Part shown: piece after piece, positions 1 to 10,069 of the stretch
Position numbering within the stretch: position 1 is the stretch's first letter
Layout: each line of letters starts with the position of its first letter
Assembly: GCA_036339465.1 (NCBI GenBank)
Contig: JAYZAY010000011.1
Location: forward strand, 64,001-128,000
Direction: 5' to 3'
Source of the DNA: Myxococcota bacterium
GTDB taxonomy: Bacteria > Myxococcota > XYA12-FULL-58-9 > JABJBS01
DNA: 64,000 bases
Notes under the pieces: model-generated
What the model was told of the DNA's origin: nothing
What the model saw: only the letters and a program-made list of their open reading frames with translations
Database searches by the model: none
Program-made: the position numbers and the translations under genes

Positions 1-2469
1 ACTTGCAGCGCTTTAGGAACCGAAGATAAGGTGATGGTAACCAAATCCATTCGGGCGGCGGTGGAAATGGTAGACCAGTTCTTCGCCATTAAAAATAGCC
101 TTGGCTCAGCCCAGGCCGAGCTCGGCCTGGCGATTGCCGATGCACAAACTGCAATCAAGCTCTACGTCGCTACGGGCGCTTTCTTTGCGGACAATGTGTC
201 CGCTTCCAGCACCTCTACTTGGGAAAAAACGGGCTGTATGGACAACGGTTTGTCGCAGACAGAGCAGATTGCCAAAGTGGGTGTATTTGCCAAGGCTTTA
301 ATGGCCGAAGATCATGCCCAATTTGGGTTCGAAGCCGATGAAATCAATGTTCTTTTTGGGGAAGGAGGAATGTGGGAACCCGTGCTTGGGCAAGCCACAA
401 GTTCGGACGCCGTGGTCGAGGTGGGTGTCAGTACTCGTATGCTAAAAGCACAGGAAATCGTTGTTGAGAAAGTAAACGCCGTTATGAAAGTCATCGCCAA
501 GATAGCCGGTGATGATGTGGATCAAGATGGCGTAATCACCACCGCTGAAGGAGGTGTTTTGGCAAATACTGCCGCTGCCGTGCAAGTCGTCACAGCCCTC
601 GTCCAGAAATTGTACACCACGGACGCGGAAGGTAACAAAAGCGGTTACGCCCTTACCATGAAGGGGGCCGTGGATTACACCGTGGGTGTCGTTGCCGATC
701 TTTGTGAAGGGATAGATTCAAACGAAAGTTGTAAGAATCCACATCTCTCTTCTGAGATCCAGGCGGAATTAGGCGCTATCTACAAAAGCGTCGCTGCGCA
801 ACAAGCCCTGGTTGACGGCAAGCTTGCTGCGCTGGCGGGGTTTTCGGCGTTGGTGAACGCAGGTAACACGTTTTTGACTGGTCTCGATTTGCCTAATAAG
901 GCTTTTGCTTGGCATCAGTCGACCCACTATACTGAAGCCAAGGCCGCTTGGGAAAAAAACTTTAGCTCGGGATTGTACAACATACCTGAGAGCACCAATG
1001 CCCTGTCACTGGCGAGTTTTGTGGACGGTGGCTGCTTGGAAAGTAATGCAGGAGCGCTTGGGGCCCATCTTTTTCGGGTGGCTGAACAAGACTTTAACAA
1101 AGCAGGCTCATTTGCTTCTGTGGTAGGCGCGGCTACGGTTGGAAATGGCAGCGATTCTGCGTCATATGATGGTCCAGTCGCAGGGCTAAGCAAGATGGCG
1201 GCTGTCTTAATCAATGCCGATGCCCTGACTGCCCCAGGCGGCGCTTTAGGGCTACTGGAAAACATCAACTACCCAGGCGGCAGCTGTGAGAGTCTATCAG
1301 ACACTTCGCCCTGGTATTGCGCAGAGGCGGCGGATCCAATGGGGCTCACCCAAGCTACGGTTGCAGCCTACGATGCAGATCTGACTGTTGCCGCTATTCG
1401 CGCTCAAGCGGGTGAGCAGCTAGACAACATGACCTTGGGTGGGGCGATGTTTGGTAGCATCGTAGTGGGTGTTGGGGATATTTCGAAGGCGCTTCTCCCG
1501 TCCTGTTTAGGAGTTGGCGCAGGTAGTCCCTGCTTAGAGGAAGGCGTGAAATTCACCGACCTAGACACTTTTCCAGGGGTAGCGTACGCTGGTGGCAATG
1601 TTGTTGCCCTCTTAGGCGCTGCGCAAGGGGCGGGTCTATTTCGCCGGTTGGCGTTTCAGTGGGAGGGTGAGCCCCTCTTCGACCCAAACCACGTCACGAT
1701 GGTGGGTTTGGGTATGGGCGCCACGGTTGTTTCCATCGCGGCGAGTATGGACGATTGGCGCCGCACTTGGGATCCCGGTGCCGATGACCGTATCAAAGCC
1801 GTTACGGCCATCGCACCTTTCACAGGCTTTGCCTACCAGTTTGAGGGTTCAGGCTTAGGTGGCTCGGTTAAAACCCTGCTCAAAACGCAAACCAGCACAG
1901 CCAAGGACGAGGCTGGTATGTGTCACAAGTCTTCATCGCCCATCACCTCTGATAAGGAGCGGGGTGGCGTCATGAGTTATGAGCAGTTTTGGGCTGTGTT
2001 TCAGGCGGCGATGGATCCTGCCGATCCCATCAATTATGTCTCCCACCTCACAGACACGAAGTTCCTTATGGTGGATGTTGAGAACGACCCCACCGCCCCA
2101 ACCAACGTCGCCCGGCGCGATTATGGTGCCACCGACCCCACCCAGCCTGATCGAGTGTTGGCCGGTTCAGAGGCGTTGGCCAAGCAATTGGGGCTCTCCA
2201 GATATGATGCTGCGGTATCAAGTTTGGGCGCATTCCACGCCATTCGGCTAAGCAACAGTTCCGGGGAGGTTGACCATGCGGCCTTTCTCCTGCCGGATCG
2301 CGGTTGTCCCGATAAGGCAGACGATGCTGCGGCCTATTATGCATGTGCCTCGCGTGTAGGCACGAAGATGAACACGCTCAGAGAGGCCGTCGTGAAATTC
2401 CTGGCGGATGGAAACGGCAACTTAACGGTTGCGGATCCAAGTATCCTCAAGGATGTTTTCCTGGATTAA
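1..2469 (+). CDS. Large Pla-1/cef-like extracellular lipase-family (alpha/beta hydrolase) protein, 5'-truncated by the window edge; catalytic Ser apparently absent
   Basis: Frame is open from base 1. C-terminal motifs QAAMDPADPINY, VENDPTAPTNV, LAGSEALAKQLGL and DHAAFLLP resemble Pla-1/cef lipases. The nucleophile elbow reads GLGMG. There is a DxDxDG loop (DVDQDG). Confidence 0.6.
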   Translation, partial: TCSALGTEDKVMVTKSIRAAVEMVDQFFAIKNSLGSAQAELGLAIADAQTAIKLYVATGAFFADNVSASSTSTWEKTGCMDNGLSQTEQIAKVGVFAKALMAEDHAQFGFEADEINVLFGEGGMWEPVLGQATSSDAVVEVGVSTRMLKAQEIVVEKVNAVMKVIAKIAGDDVDQDGVITTAEGGVLANTAAAVQVVTALVQKLYTTDAEGNKSGYALTMKGAVDYTVGVVADLCEGIDSNESCKNPHLSSEIQAELGAIYKSVAAQQALVDGKLAALAGFSALVNAGNTFLTGLDLPNKAFAWHQSTHYTEAKAAWEKNFSSGLYNIPESTNALSLASFVDGGCLESNAGALGAHLFRVAEQDFNKAGSFASVVGAATVGNGSDSASYDGPVAGLSKMAAVLINADALTAPGGALGLLENINYPGGSCESLSDTSPWYCAEAADPMGLTQATVAAYDADLTVAAIRAQAGEQLDNMTLGGAMFGSIVVGVGDISKALLPSCLGVGAGSPCLEEGVKFTDLDTFPGVAYAGGNVVALLGAAQGAGLFRRLAFQWEGEPLFDPNHVTMVGLGMGATVVSIAASMDDWRRTWDPGADDRIKAVTAIAPFTGFAYQFEGSGLGGSVKTLLKTQTSTAKDEAGMCHKSSSPITSDKERGGVMSYEQFWAVFQAAMDPADPINYVSHLTDTKFLMVDVENDPTAPTNVARRDYGATDPTQPDRVLAGSEALAKQLGLSRYDAAVSSLGAFHAIRLSNSSGEVDHAAFLLPDRGCPDKADDAAAYYACASRVGTKMNTLREAVVKFLADGNGNLTVADPSILKDVFLD

Positions 2470-2492
2470 CTCGGCCGTGGAGGCGGCAGGGG

Positions 2493-4247
2493 TTATTCGG
2501 CAGCCGCCGTTCCCACCCCCCTCGGGTCCGCTGCCGCAGTGATGAGTCCTGTTTCTGGATCCACCAAGATGAGGGTCGCATTGCTCCACGGTGACCGAAT
2601 TTTCAGGGCGTAGCCCCTGGCCTGCAGCGCTTCAAAGGTGGTTTCATCCAGGGCGCGGGGTTCCACAAAAACCATGTCCGGAAGATGCTGATGGTGAATT
2701 CTCCCCTCGGAAATGGCCTCCAATGCACCGGCTCTATGATCAACAGCATTGATGATTGCTTGGGCCACTGTGGTGGGGATCCGTGAACCACCGGGAGATC
2801 CCAAAACCATTTTGAGGGCGCCGTCGGGTGTCCCACCTTGAAACACCAGGGTGGGGGACATGGATGAAAGTGGAACTTTACCCGGGGCCACGGCATTCGC
2901 CTCCGAGCCCACGATTCCATAGGTATTGGGAATCCCTGGCGCAATCGCAAAGTCGTCCATTTGGTCGTTCCAAATGATGCCGGTCCCCTTGGCGACGATA
3001 CCGGCACCGAAACTGTAGTTGACGGTGGTGGTCAAAGAAACAGCATTTCCTTCCACATCGATCACGGAAAGATGGGACGTACTCGGGCTTTCGCGGTGGG
3101 TTCCTATTTTCCAATCCGGCACGTTGAAGTACTTGGGCGCCCCTTGTGCGGGGGGAATCTCCAGAGACGGTATCACGCCACCCTTGGTGAGTTTATAGAG
3201 TAGTTTGCCACGATCTTTGGCGATCAATCCGGGAATAAGATCCTTGAGGTAAGGTAGAAATTTGGGGTCCCCTAGGAGGGCTCGATCCGCGAATGCCCGT
3301 TTGCTGGCTTCCAGATAGGTTTGGATTTCTTCGATACTTCTCCAAGCGCGATTTTGGGGCAGATTTTCCATCACATTCAGGATGGTCAAGAGAATTTGTC
3401 CCCCCGATGAGGGCGGCGGCGAAGAGACCACCGCATGGCCGCGATAAGAGCCCACCAGTGGCTCCTGATACCGAATCCGGTAATTTCTTAGGTCCGAGGC
3501 GGTAATGAGTCCTTTTCTAGCAACCATGTCCGCCACAAGCTTTTTGGCAATGGGCCCCTCGTAAAATGCCTTCGCGCCCAAAGCCGCCATCAACTCTAGA
3601 CTCTGTGCCAAATCCTCCTGGACGATGCGCTCACCCACCTTGGGCACGCTGTAGGCGCCCCTTGGATTGACCCTCAGAAAAATCTTGGCTGCTTCTGGGT
3701 CTTTACTTAAAACTTGATGGCGGTGATTGGCTGCCCTCACAAATTTTGCCGTGGCCGCAAAGCCCTCTCTCGCAAAACGAATGGCCGGGGCCAGCACCAC
3801 AGTCCGCTCCAGTCTCCCATCTTCGGCCTGGAGCGCTAGATAACCTGCCGCGGCGCCAGGTACCCCCGCCGCCAGCGCTCCATCGGTGGAAAGTCGCCCT
3901 TGCGCGATTCCATCCACGACGAACATATCCCGGCTGGCCCCCTTGGGCGCAACCTCTCGGAAATCGATGAATTGTATCTTACCGCGAAATTTGGTGAGCG
4001 CGAAGCCGCCCCCTCCAAGGCCAGAGGAATAAGGCTCCACGACTGCCAAGACGAAACCAGCGGCCACCGCGGCATCGGCTGCCGAGCCTCCGAGCCGAAG
4101 CATTTCTATCCCCGCCTGGGTTGCTGCGTCGTGGGCGGTCACGACCGTGCCTTTGTAACCCGACGATTCCCGGCCTTGGGCACTTAAGCAATAAAAACTA
4201 AGTGAGAGAATCAGCGTCCAAGGTAATAAGCGACTTAGGAATTTCAT
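2493..4247 (-). CDS. ggt: Gamma-glutamyltransferase with signal peptide
   Basis: GGSAADAAVA, EPYSSGLGGGGF, IDFREVAP, autoprocessing STSHLS, PLSSMSP, GSPGGSRI and terminal ADPR. Start MKFLSRL follows a GGAGA SD. Confidence 0.95.
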   Translation of the reverse strand: MKFLSRLLPWTLILSLSFYCLSAQGRESSGYKGTVVTAHDAATQAGIEMLRLGGSAADAAVAAGFVLAVVEPYSSGLGGGGFALTKFRGKIQFIDFREVAPKGASRDMFVVDGIAQGRLSTDGALAAGVPGAAAGYLALQAEDGRLERTVVLAPAIRFAREGFAATAKFVRAANHRHQVLSKDPEAAKIFLRVNPRGAYSVPKVGERIVQEDLAQSLELMAALGAKAFYEGPIAKKLVADMVARKGLITASDLRNYRIRYQEPLVGSYRGHAVVSSPPPSSGGQILLTILNVMENLPQNRAWRSIEEIQTYLEASKRAFADRALLGDPKFLPYLKDLIPGLIAKDRGKLLYKLTKGGVIPSLEIPPAQGAPKYFNVPDWKIGTHRESPSTSHLSVIDVEGNAVSLTTTVNYSFGAGIVAKGTGIIWNDQMDDFAIAPGIPNTYGIVGSEANAVAPGKVPLSSMSPTLVFQGGTPDGALKMVLGSPGGSRIPTTVAQAIINAVDHRAGALEAISEGRIHHQHLPDMVFVEPRALDETTFEALQARGYALKIRSPWSNATLILVDPETGLITAAADPRGVGTAAAE

Positions 4248-4413
4248 GGCATCTCCAAAATATTTGGTGGAGCAGCTTTTCCACGGCCTTGAGGAGCATG
4301 CAAGCAACCAAGCATTTTCGACGTCACTGCGCCAGAGCGATCTTTTAAGTGAGTCGACCCCCCAGACCGGTAAATTTTAAGATTTCGGACTTTCCCCTTG
4401 ATCGGCAAATTCA

Positions 4414-4450
4414 TTGACAGTAAATTTCCCCCCTGCTATTGGGCGCGTCC
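4414..4450 (+). promoter_or_regulatory. Putative sigma70 promoter for the tRNA-Gln/prs operon with GC-rich discriminator
   Basis: TTGACA (4414-4419), 17-bp spacer, TGn-TATTGG, then GCGCGTCC. Confidence 0.35.
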
Positions 4451-4539
4451 AGAGGGTATGATGCTGTATTCCAAGGAAAATAGCATTCAGACCACGGAGG
4501 ATGAAGCGGCTCCCATTGCAGGGCCGAGTCATCACACGA

Positions 4540-4615
4540 TGGGGTATAGCCAAGTTGGTAAGGCACCGGTTTTTGGTATCGGCATTCCTAGGTTCGAGTC
4601 CTAGTACCCCAACCA
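4540..4615 (+). tRNA. tRNA-Gln (TTG)
   Basis: TGGGGTA...TACCCCA acceptor stem, D loop AGTTGGTA, anticodon loop TTTTGGT, T loop GGTTCGAGTCC, encoded CCA. Sits in the usual position before prs. Confidence 0.97.
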
Positions 4616-4651
4616 CTCTTTTTAACCTGTTTGTTCCGGGATGCGTAGGCA

Positions 4652-5602
4652 ATGCCGTCAGAAAGCGACATCAAACTTTTTTCGGGAACATCGAATCCGC
4701 TATTGGCAAGTAAAATCGCGGAGTTACTCGATGTTCCGGTGGGAAAAATGGAATTGAAGCGATTCTCCGATGGCGAATTGTATGTCGAAGTAGCGGAAAA
4801 TGTACGGGGCTCCGATTGCTTTATTGTGCAATCTACCTGCACACCTACCAACGAAAATCTCATGGAACTTCTGGTGATTATCGACAGTTTGAAAAGGGCA
4901 TCAGCCAGGAACATCTGTGCGGTGATTCCCTATTACGGCTATGCCAGGCAAGACCGAAAAGTGGCGCCTCGAACCCCCATCACCGCCAAGTTGGTGGCTG
5001 ACTTATTGAGTACCGCGGGTTCGACCCGTGTTCTCTCCGTTGATCTCCATGCGGGTCAAATTCAGGGTTTCTTCGATGTTCCCTTCGACCACCTCTATGC
5101 AAAACCGGTTCTTTTGGGACACATGACCGAGCATTGCGATTTAGAAAATACGGTTTTGGTTTCTCCCGATGCGGGTGGGGTGGAGCGCGCTCGGTCCTAT
5201 GCAAAGCGCCTAGGCACAAATCTCGCGATTATCGACAAACGTCGCCCGAAGGCGAACGTTGCAAAAATAATGAATATTGTTGGGGAAGTTAAAGGCATGG
5301 AAGCCGTCTTGCTCGATGATATGATCGACACCGCTGGTACCTTAACCGAAGCCGCGAAAGCACTTTTGGATAAGGGAGCCAAGAAGGTTGTGGCGTATGC
5401 CACGCACCCTGTCTTGTCTGGGCCCGCTGTGGAGAGATTGACTGGTTCGTGTATGGAGCGAATTGTGGTAACCGATACGATTCCACTGGTTCCCCATGCC
5501 AAAGATTGTCCCAAAATAGAAGTTTTACCCATTGCCCCCCTTTTGGCCAAGGCGTTGCGCCGGATCCATTTGGGTGAATCGGTAAGTTCTCTATTTGTTT
5601 GA
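4652..5602 (+). CDS. prs: Ribose-phosphate pyrophosphokinase
   Basis: [43 protein letters not shown]. Confidence 0.98.
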   Translation: MPSESDIKLFSGTSNPLLASKIAELLDVPVGKMELKRFSDGELYVEVAENVRGSDCFIVQSTCTPTNENLMELLVIIDSLKRASARNICAVIPYYGYARQDRKVAPRTPITAKLVADLLSTAGSTRVLSVDLHAGQIQGFFDVPFDHLYAKPVLLGHMTEHCDLENTVLVSPDAGGVERARSYAKRLGTNLAIIDKRRPKANVAKIMNIVGEVKGMEAVLLDDMIDTAGTLTEAAKALLDKGAKKVVAYATHPVLSGPAVERLTGSCMERIVVTDTIPLVPHAKDCPKIEVLPIAPLLAKALRRIHLGESVSSLFV

Positions 5603-5622
5603 GTATGACGTAGGAGCTGATT

Positions 5623-6219
5623 ATGTCTGAGCTTAGTGATGTCCTAGAAGTTAATAACCGCGTGCCTGGTGGAAAATCCCAAGCTCGAAAATTGCGCGCC
5701 GAGAGCGAGTGCCCAGCGGTCGTGTATGGCGATGGTAGTGAACCGGTTCATTTTTCCCTTGATTCCAAAGCATTTGTTAATGCGCGACGTAAATTTGGTC
5801 GAACCCACCTGTATCAACTGAAGATGGAAAACGGTGAAACCGTTCCCGCGCTGATCAAAGATATCCAGGTGGATAGTTTCCGAAATCGTCTCCTGCACGT
5901 GGATTTTTGGAAGGTTTCTCTCGATCAAAATGTGACTTTGCCCGTTGGCTTGGAGTTTACTGGCCGTTGCCGGGGTGTGGTAAAGGGGGGGAAATTTCAA
6001 TCCCTTCGGAGAACGATCCCAGTTGTCGGTCGCCCAGGTACCCATCCCGAGAGCGTGACTATGGATATTAGGAATCTCGACATCGGCGCCAGCATTAGGG
6101 TGAGTGAACTGCCATTGCCCGAAGGGGCAAAGCCCGCAGGCGAAGACGACTACGCCATTGCGACGGTCATCGCTCCGAAACGTGGCCAGATGGCAAAAGA
6201 AGAAGACAAGAAAAAGTAA
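5623..6219 (+). CDS. rplY: 50S ribosomal protein bL25/Ctc
   Basis: ARKLR...PAVVYG, LHVDF, GVVKGG; lies between prs and pth. Confidence 0.93.
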   Translation: MSELSDVLEVNNRVPGGKSQARKLRAESECPAVVYGDGSEPVHFSLDSKAFVNARRKFGRTHLYQLKMENGETVPALIKDIQVDSFRNRLLHVDFWKVSLDQNVTLPVGLEFTGRCRGVVKGGKFQSLRRTIPVVGRPGTHPESVTMDIRNLDIGASIRVSELPLPEGAKPAGEDDYAIATVIAPKRGQMAKEEDKKK

Positions 6220-6277
6220 GCTTCAGTCGGGGTCTTCATTCTAGGCTCGACTCCATCACTCCTACGGGGTTGATCTC

Positions 6278-6844
6278 ATGCTCGTTGTGGTCGGGTTAGG
6301 AAATCCTGGTCGTGAATACGAGAAGACCCGTCACAATATTGGGTTCGAAGCCATCGAGCGCACTGCTATAGCGCACGGTTTTCCAATCTTTAAGAATTGG
6401 AAAAAGTCCTTGGTAAGCAAGGGTGCCATTGACGGTTATGCTGCCCTCTTGGTGATGCCCCAGACCTACATGAATTTGAGTGGAGATTCTGTGGGCCGCA
6501 TTCTGAAGTTTTACAAGCTTACCACCACCAACCTCATTGTTATCCACGATGAACTCGATTTCGAGCCCGGCATGATGAAACTAAAATCCGGAGGTGGTAC
6601 GGGCGGACACAATGGTCTGAGCTCGATTTCCGCTCATGTTGGCCCAGATTTCGCTCGGATTCGATTGGGGATCGGTAAACCCCAGGGAAAACAAAGCGGT
6701 GCGGACTTTGTGCTCAGTAAATTTGATCCATCCTCGAGGCACGAGATGGACGAAGCTGTCGAAAAATCGGTCAAGGCATTGACATTAATTGCAAAAATGG
6801 GAATTGCGCATGCGATGAACGAACTGAATCGTCGCAATCGATAA
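6278..6844 (+). CDS. pth: Peptidyl-tRNA hydrolase
   Basis: [34 protein letters not shown]. Confidence 0.97.
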   Translation: MLVVVGLGNPGREYEKTRHNIGFEAIERTAIAHGFPIFKNWKKSLVSKGAIDGYAALLVMPQTYMNLSGDSVGRILKFYKLTTTNLIVIHDELDFEPGMMKLKSGGGTGGHNGLSSISAHVGPDFARIRLGIGKPQGKQSGADFVLSKFDPSSRHEMDEAVEKSVKALTLIAKMGIAHAMNELNRRNR

Positions 6845-6860
6845 ACCGAACGGAGAGTCC

Positions 6861-8954
6861 ATGTCAGCGTCCTATATGTTCTTCCAATTTACCCCGGCAA
6901 TCGGTGCCCTTGCACTTCTATTTGCCTACACCAAATCATCTTGGGTCAATAAACAGGAAGTCGGAACCGACCGCATGCGCGAGATTTCTGGGCATATTCG
7001 CGAAGGTGCGATGGCATTCCTCAATCGTGAATACAGAGTTCTCGCTGTCTTTGCTCTTTTCGTTGCTGTTTTACTTGCGGCGGCAAATTGGAATAGCGAA
7101 GCCTCCCACCCCTTGGTGGCGCTCGCTTTCCTTATGGGGGCTCTATTTTCTGGCGCAGCTGGATATTTCGGAATGCGGATTGCGACGGCAGCCAATGTTA
7201 GAACGACCAACGCCGCACGTACGGGACTTCGAGAAGCGTTGAGTATCGCATTTTCTGGCGGCAGCGTCATGGGGATGTCGGTTGTGGGGCTAGGAATCGT
7301 GGGTGTAGGTGGCCTAACCCTTATTTTTTATGAAAGCGGGATTATTACCGGCAATTGGCAACGAATTGTGGCCGTGGTGAGTGGCTTTTCAATGGGGGCC
7401 TCTTCGATTGCCCTCTTCGCCCGTGTGGGTGGTGGAATTTTCACCAAGGCAGCCGATGTAGGCGCTGACCTTGTGGGTAAAGTCGAAGCGGGTATTCCTG
7501 AAGATGATCCACGAAACCCTGCTGTTATCGCGGATAATGTGGGTGATAACGTGGGCGACGTGGCCGGTATGGGCGCGGACCTTTTCGAGTCCTACGTGGG
7601 GTCTATTGTTGCAGCCATGGCCTTGGCAGCTGCGGCGCTTACCCAAATTCCTGAAGATGCCGCTCTATTTGCATCTCAAAAGGCCACTATCTTCTTTCCG
7701 GTGGTGATTGCTGGCTTTGGAATCATCGCCTCAATTTGCGGCACGTTTGTGGTTAAAACCAAAGAAGGTGGCAATCCCCAGCATGCCCTCGACCGAGGTA
7801 TGTATGTCGCGGGTGCACTTATGATCGGCGCCGCCGCTCTTAGTGTTCATTATATCATCCCCAATGGTGTGGTTGAATTCGAAGCAGGGAAGCAAGTTAT
7901 TTATAGCAATTGGGGTGTATTTGCCGCGATTGTAGGTGGCCTCGTGGCAGGAATGCTCATCGGAAAAGTCACTGAATACTACACCTCAGATGCAGCTGCC
8001 CCAGCTCAAGGAATCGCTAGAGATTCTCAAACCGGTGCCGCCACAAACATCATATCTGGTCTTGCGTTGGGTATGAAGTCCACCGTTTGGCCAATTGTTT
8101 TCATTGTGGCTGCTATCATGGTGGCTTTCCAATTCGCAGGTCTTTATGGAATCGCTATGGCGGCCTTGGGGATGCTCTCTACCACAGGTATTCAGCTCGC
8201 TGTTGATGCCTACGGACCGATCGCTGATAACGCGGGTGGTATTGCTGAGATGAGTGGCCTTGAACCAGGTGTCCGTGAACGAACCGATAAATTGGATGCG
8301 GTTGGAAATACCACAGCGGCCATCGGCAAAGGTTTTGCCATCGGCTCAGCCGCACTCACAGCTCTTGCTCTTTTCAGCGCCTACACCACCCAAGCAGGGA
8401 TTACGACCATCGACGTGAAGGAGCCCATGGTTCTTTGTGGAATCCTTTTTGGAGCCATGTTGCCATACCTTTTCTCTGCTCTGGCAATGACTGCAGTCGG
8501 CGAAGCGGCCTTCGACATGATCAACGAAGTTCGTCGTCAGTTCAAAGAAATTCCTGGATTGATGGAAGGAAAGGCGGAAGCTGACCACAAGAAGTGTGTG
8601 GATATTGCCACGAGCGCGGCCATCAAACGAATGATTCTCCCGGGTATCATCGCGGTCGGTGTACCTGTTGTGGTTGGTTTCTATGACAAGCAAGCTCTAG
8701 CCGGGCTTCTAGTCGGTGTAACCATTTCCGGTGTTCTTCTCGCCATTTTCCAATCCAATGCGGGTGGAGCGTGGGATAATGCCAAGAAATATGTGGAATC
8801 CGGGCAATACGGTGGTAAGGGTTCCGATAGCCACAAGGCGGCGGTTGTGGGTGATACGGTAGGAGATCCCTTCAAAGATACATCCGGACCGGCGCTCAAT
8901 ATTCTTGTGAAATTGATGAGTGTCGTAGCTTTGGTTCTCGCTCCACTACTTTAA
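6861..8954 (+). CDS. hppA: Membrane-bound pyrophosphatase, K+-dependent, probably Na+-translocating
   Basis: [37 protein letters not shown] (Ala is the K+-dependent signature), [16 protein letters not shown]. Confidence 0.95.
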   Translation: MSASYMFFQFTPAIGALALLFAYTKSSWVNKQEVGTDRMREISGHIREGAMAFLNREYRVLAVFALFVAVLLAAANWNSEASHPLVALAFLMGALFSGAAGYFGMRIATAANVRTTNAARTGLREALSIAFSGGSVMGMSVVGLGIVGVGGLTLIFYESGIITGNWQRIVAVVSGFSMGASSIALFARVGGGIFTKAADVGADLVGKVEAGIPEDDPRNPAVIADNVGDNVGDVAGMGADLFESYVGSIVAAMALAAAALTQIPEDAALFASQKATIFFPVVIAGFGIIASICGTFVVKTKEGGNPQHALDRGMYVAGALMIGAAALSVHYIIPNGVVEFEAGKQVIYSNWGVFAAIVGGLVAGMLIGKVTEYYTSDAAAPAQGIARDSQTGAATNIISGLALGMKSTVWPIVFIVAAIMVAFQFAGLYGIAMAALGMLSTTGIQLAVDAYGPIADNAGGIAEMSGLEPGVRERTDKLDAVGNTTAAIGKGFAIGSAALTALALFSAYTTQAGITTIDVKEPMVLCGILFGAMLPYLFSALAMTAVGEAAFDMINEVRRQFKEIPGLMEGKAEADHKKCVDIATSAAIKRMILPGIIAVGVPVVVGFYDKQALAGLLVGVTISGVLLAIFQSNAGGAWDNAKKYVESGQYGGKGSDSHKAAVVGDTVGDPFKDTSGPALNILVKLMSVVALVLAPLL

Positions 8955-9010
8955 TAAACATGTCGGCTGTCCCTGCTGCGGGCGGCCCAACGACCAAGAC
9001 AAGGAGTAGC

Positions 9011-9505
9011 ATGATGCTAATGAATGAATATGAAACCACGGTTATTCTTAACCCCGACTTGAACCTGGATGCACTTGAAGGTGCGCTCGACAGGGCGCGT
9101 GATTCTATCAAGAAATCTGGCGGCAAAATACTTGCTGTCGAGCACTGGGGACGTCGTCGGCTTGCTTATGAAATCAAAAAGTATGGCAAAGGCTTTTACG
9201 TTCATTTCCAATACTTAGGTGCCAATGATTTGGTTTCTGAGTTAGAGCGGAATTTACGAATCACACCCTCGGTTCTTCGTTTCCTTACCCTTAAGACTGC
9301 TGGGCGTGTAGACCCCACTTCGCGGGAAGAAAAGGAATATGCACGGCCCGATCTAGCTGAGGAGGCAGCTCCTGGCGCTGGCCAGGCCAGCGCTGAGACC
9401 CCAAGAACTGAAACCGGTTCGGAGGCGGCTCCCGCTCAACAAGCAGCTCCTGCTCAAGCGGCATCTCCCGCTGAAGAAGCGACCACCGAAGCAAGTGCTG
9501 AATAA
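9011..9505 (+). CDS. rpsF: 30S ribosomal protein S6 with long acidic Ala/Pro-rich tail
   Basis: YETTVILNPD, WGRRRLAYEI, ELERNLRI..VLRFL; AAGGAG SD before the ATG at 9011. Confidence 0.93.
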   Translation: MMLMNEYETTVILNPDLNLDALEGALDRARDSIKKSGGKILAVEHWGRRRLAYEIKKYGKGFYVHFQYLGANDLVSELERNLRITPSVLRFLTLKTAGRVDPTSREEKEYARPDLAEEAAPGAGQASAETPRTETGSEAAPAQQAAPAQAASPAEEATTEASAE

Positions 9506-9519
9506 GGAGTAGGAACATC

Positions 9520-9966
9520 ATGCAAGTCATCTTAATGGAAGATATGCCCAAGCTGGGTGCAATCGGTGATCTCGTTAACGTCAAAGATGGTTACGCGCGC
9601 AACTTTCTTTTCCCGAATCGTAAGGCCGTTCCCGCCTCTATTCGGAATGTTAAGAAGTTTGAGCATGAGAAAAGAGTTGCGAACTACAAATTGTCGCAGG
9701 CTCGTTCTGGTGCTGAAGGCCTAGCGAAGAAAATTGCTGCGCTTGATATCAAGTTAACACGTAAGGTTGGGGAGCACGATAAGCTCTTTGGTTCTGTTAC
9801 GTCCATTGACCTTGAGAGGGCCTTGGAAGAGCAAGAAATTACCATTGACCGCCGTCGAATTCTCTTGGGAGATCCGATCAAGCAATTGGGAGATTTTGAG
9901 ATCGCTGTCCAGCTTCATAAGGAAGTTCAGGCAACACTCAAGGTTAGCGTGCTCGCAGAATCCTAG
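9520..9966 (+). CDS. rplI: 50S ribosomal protein L9
   Basis: VKDGYARNFLFP, KLFGSVT, PIKQLG. Confidence 0.97.
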   Translation: MQVILMEDMPKLGAIGDLVNVKDGYARNFLFPNRKAVPASIRNVKKFEHEKRVANYKLSQARSGAEGLAKKIAALDIKLTRKVGEHDKLFGSVTSIDLERALEEQEITIDRRRILLGDPIKQLGDFEIAVQLHKEVQATLKVSVLAES

Positions 9967-9981
9967 CCTTTGCAATCTGCT

Positions 9982-10037
9982 CGCAATAAAAGCGGTAAGA
10001 TGTTCGGATCGCTCTGGGCATCTTGCCGCTTTTTGCG
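9982..10037 (+). terminator. Long hairpin (intrinsic terminator or processing stem) between rplI and dnaB
   Basis: AAAAGCGGTAAGATGTTCGGA-tcgc-TCTGGGCATCTTGCCGCTTTT pairs along its length, with G-U pairs on the + strand and a T run. Confidence 0.7.
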
Positions 10038-10069
10038 TATGCAGTAGAGGGTAACCAGAGGGGACAACT

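Noticed and set aside
4540..4615. tRNA as an integration site for an island
   Set aside because: No integrase, no duplicated tRNA 3' end noticed, and prs follows directly.
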